Shown here: piece by piece, positions 63,735-63,884 of the stretch
Layout of the letters: every line of letters starts with the position of its first letter
Position numbering within the stretch: the stretch's first letter is position 1
DNA from: Octopus bimaculoides
Lineage: Eukaryota
Length of the DNA: 63,884 nucleotides
Assembly: GCF_001194135.2 (NCBI RefSeq)
Contig: NC_068999.1
Span: 2,272,461 to 2,336,344, forward strand
Direction: 5' to 3'
Notes under the pieces: generated by a model
The model's input: only the letters and a program-made list of their open reading frames with translations
What the model was told of the DNA's origin: nothing
Databases searched by the model: none
Position numbers and translations under genes: made by a program

Positions 63735-63884
63735 GGAGAAAAGAATATAAAACAAACAAAACATCTCTTAAATTACTTTTATTTATTTCATTATTAATTT
63801 TATATAACATATCATTATTAATTTTATATAACATATCTATGAACAAACATAATTATAGAACCTGTGATCTTTATATTACAATGT
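63735..63884 (-). other. 3' UTR / poly(A) region of a probable fifth regucalcin paralog lying beyond the window
   Basis: The reverse complement (acattgtaatataaagatcacaggttctataattatgtttgttcatagat...aataatgaaataaataaaagtaatttaagagatgttttgtttgttt) aligns with the 3' UTRs of paralogs C (about 54795-54900) and B (about 46819-46920). It is followed by the same SINE head that follows B and D. Confidence 0.72.

Overview
This is a eukaryotic, microsatellite- and transposon-rich scaffold window with many N gaps. The repeat families and the AT/AC/AG microsatellite load strongly suggest an Octopus (cephalopod) draft genome; this is inferred from recognised repeats, not from a search. Five complete genes could be spliced by hand. 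One is a 9-exon RCL1 (23809-29736, +, 379 aa), whose intron 5 has U12 minor-spliceosome signals. The other four form a cluster of intact 5-exon regucalcin/SMP-30 (gluconolactonase-family beta-propeller) paralogs, arranged A-> B-> C-> <-D. The 3' UTR of a probable fifth paralog lies at the right edge. The most interesting signal is in this cluster. All four proteins keep the metal ligands, but they differ heavily in the active-site loops, next to blocks where B and D are nucleotide-identical, which suggests substrate diversification. Other notable items are a type I hammerhead-ribozyme-like motif fused to an 82-bp palindrome, a foldback element with a 6-bp TSD, a Merlin-like MITE in RCL1 intron 1, a CRE-clade retrotransposon remnant, and an unidentified candidate gene head-to-head with RCL1. 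The remainder is SINEs, decayed Tc1/mariner, RTE and L1/Tx1 fragments, and simple repeats. All coordinates and alignments were worked out by eye; human residue numbers and family assignments are from memory.
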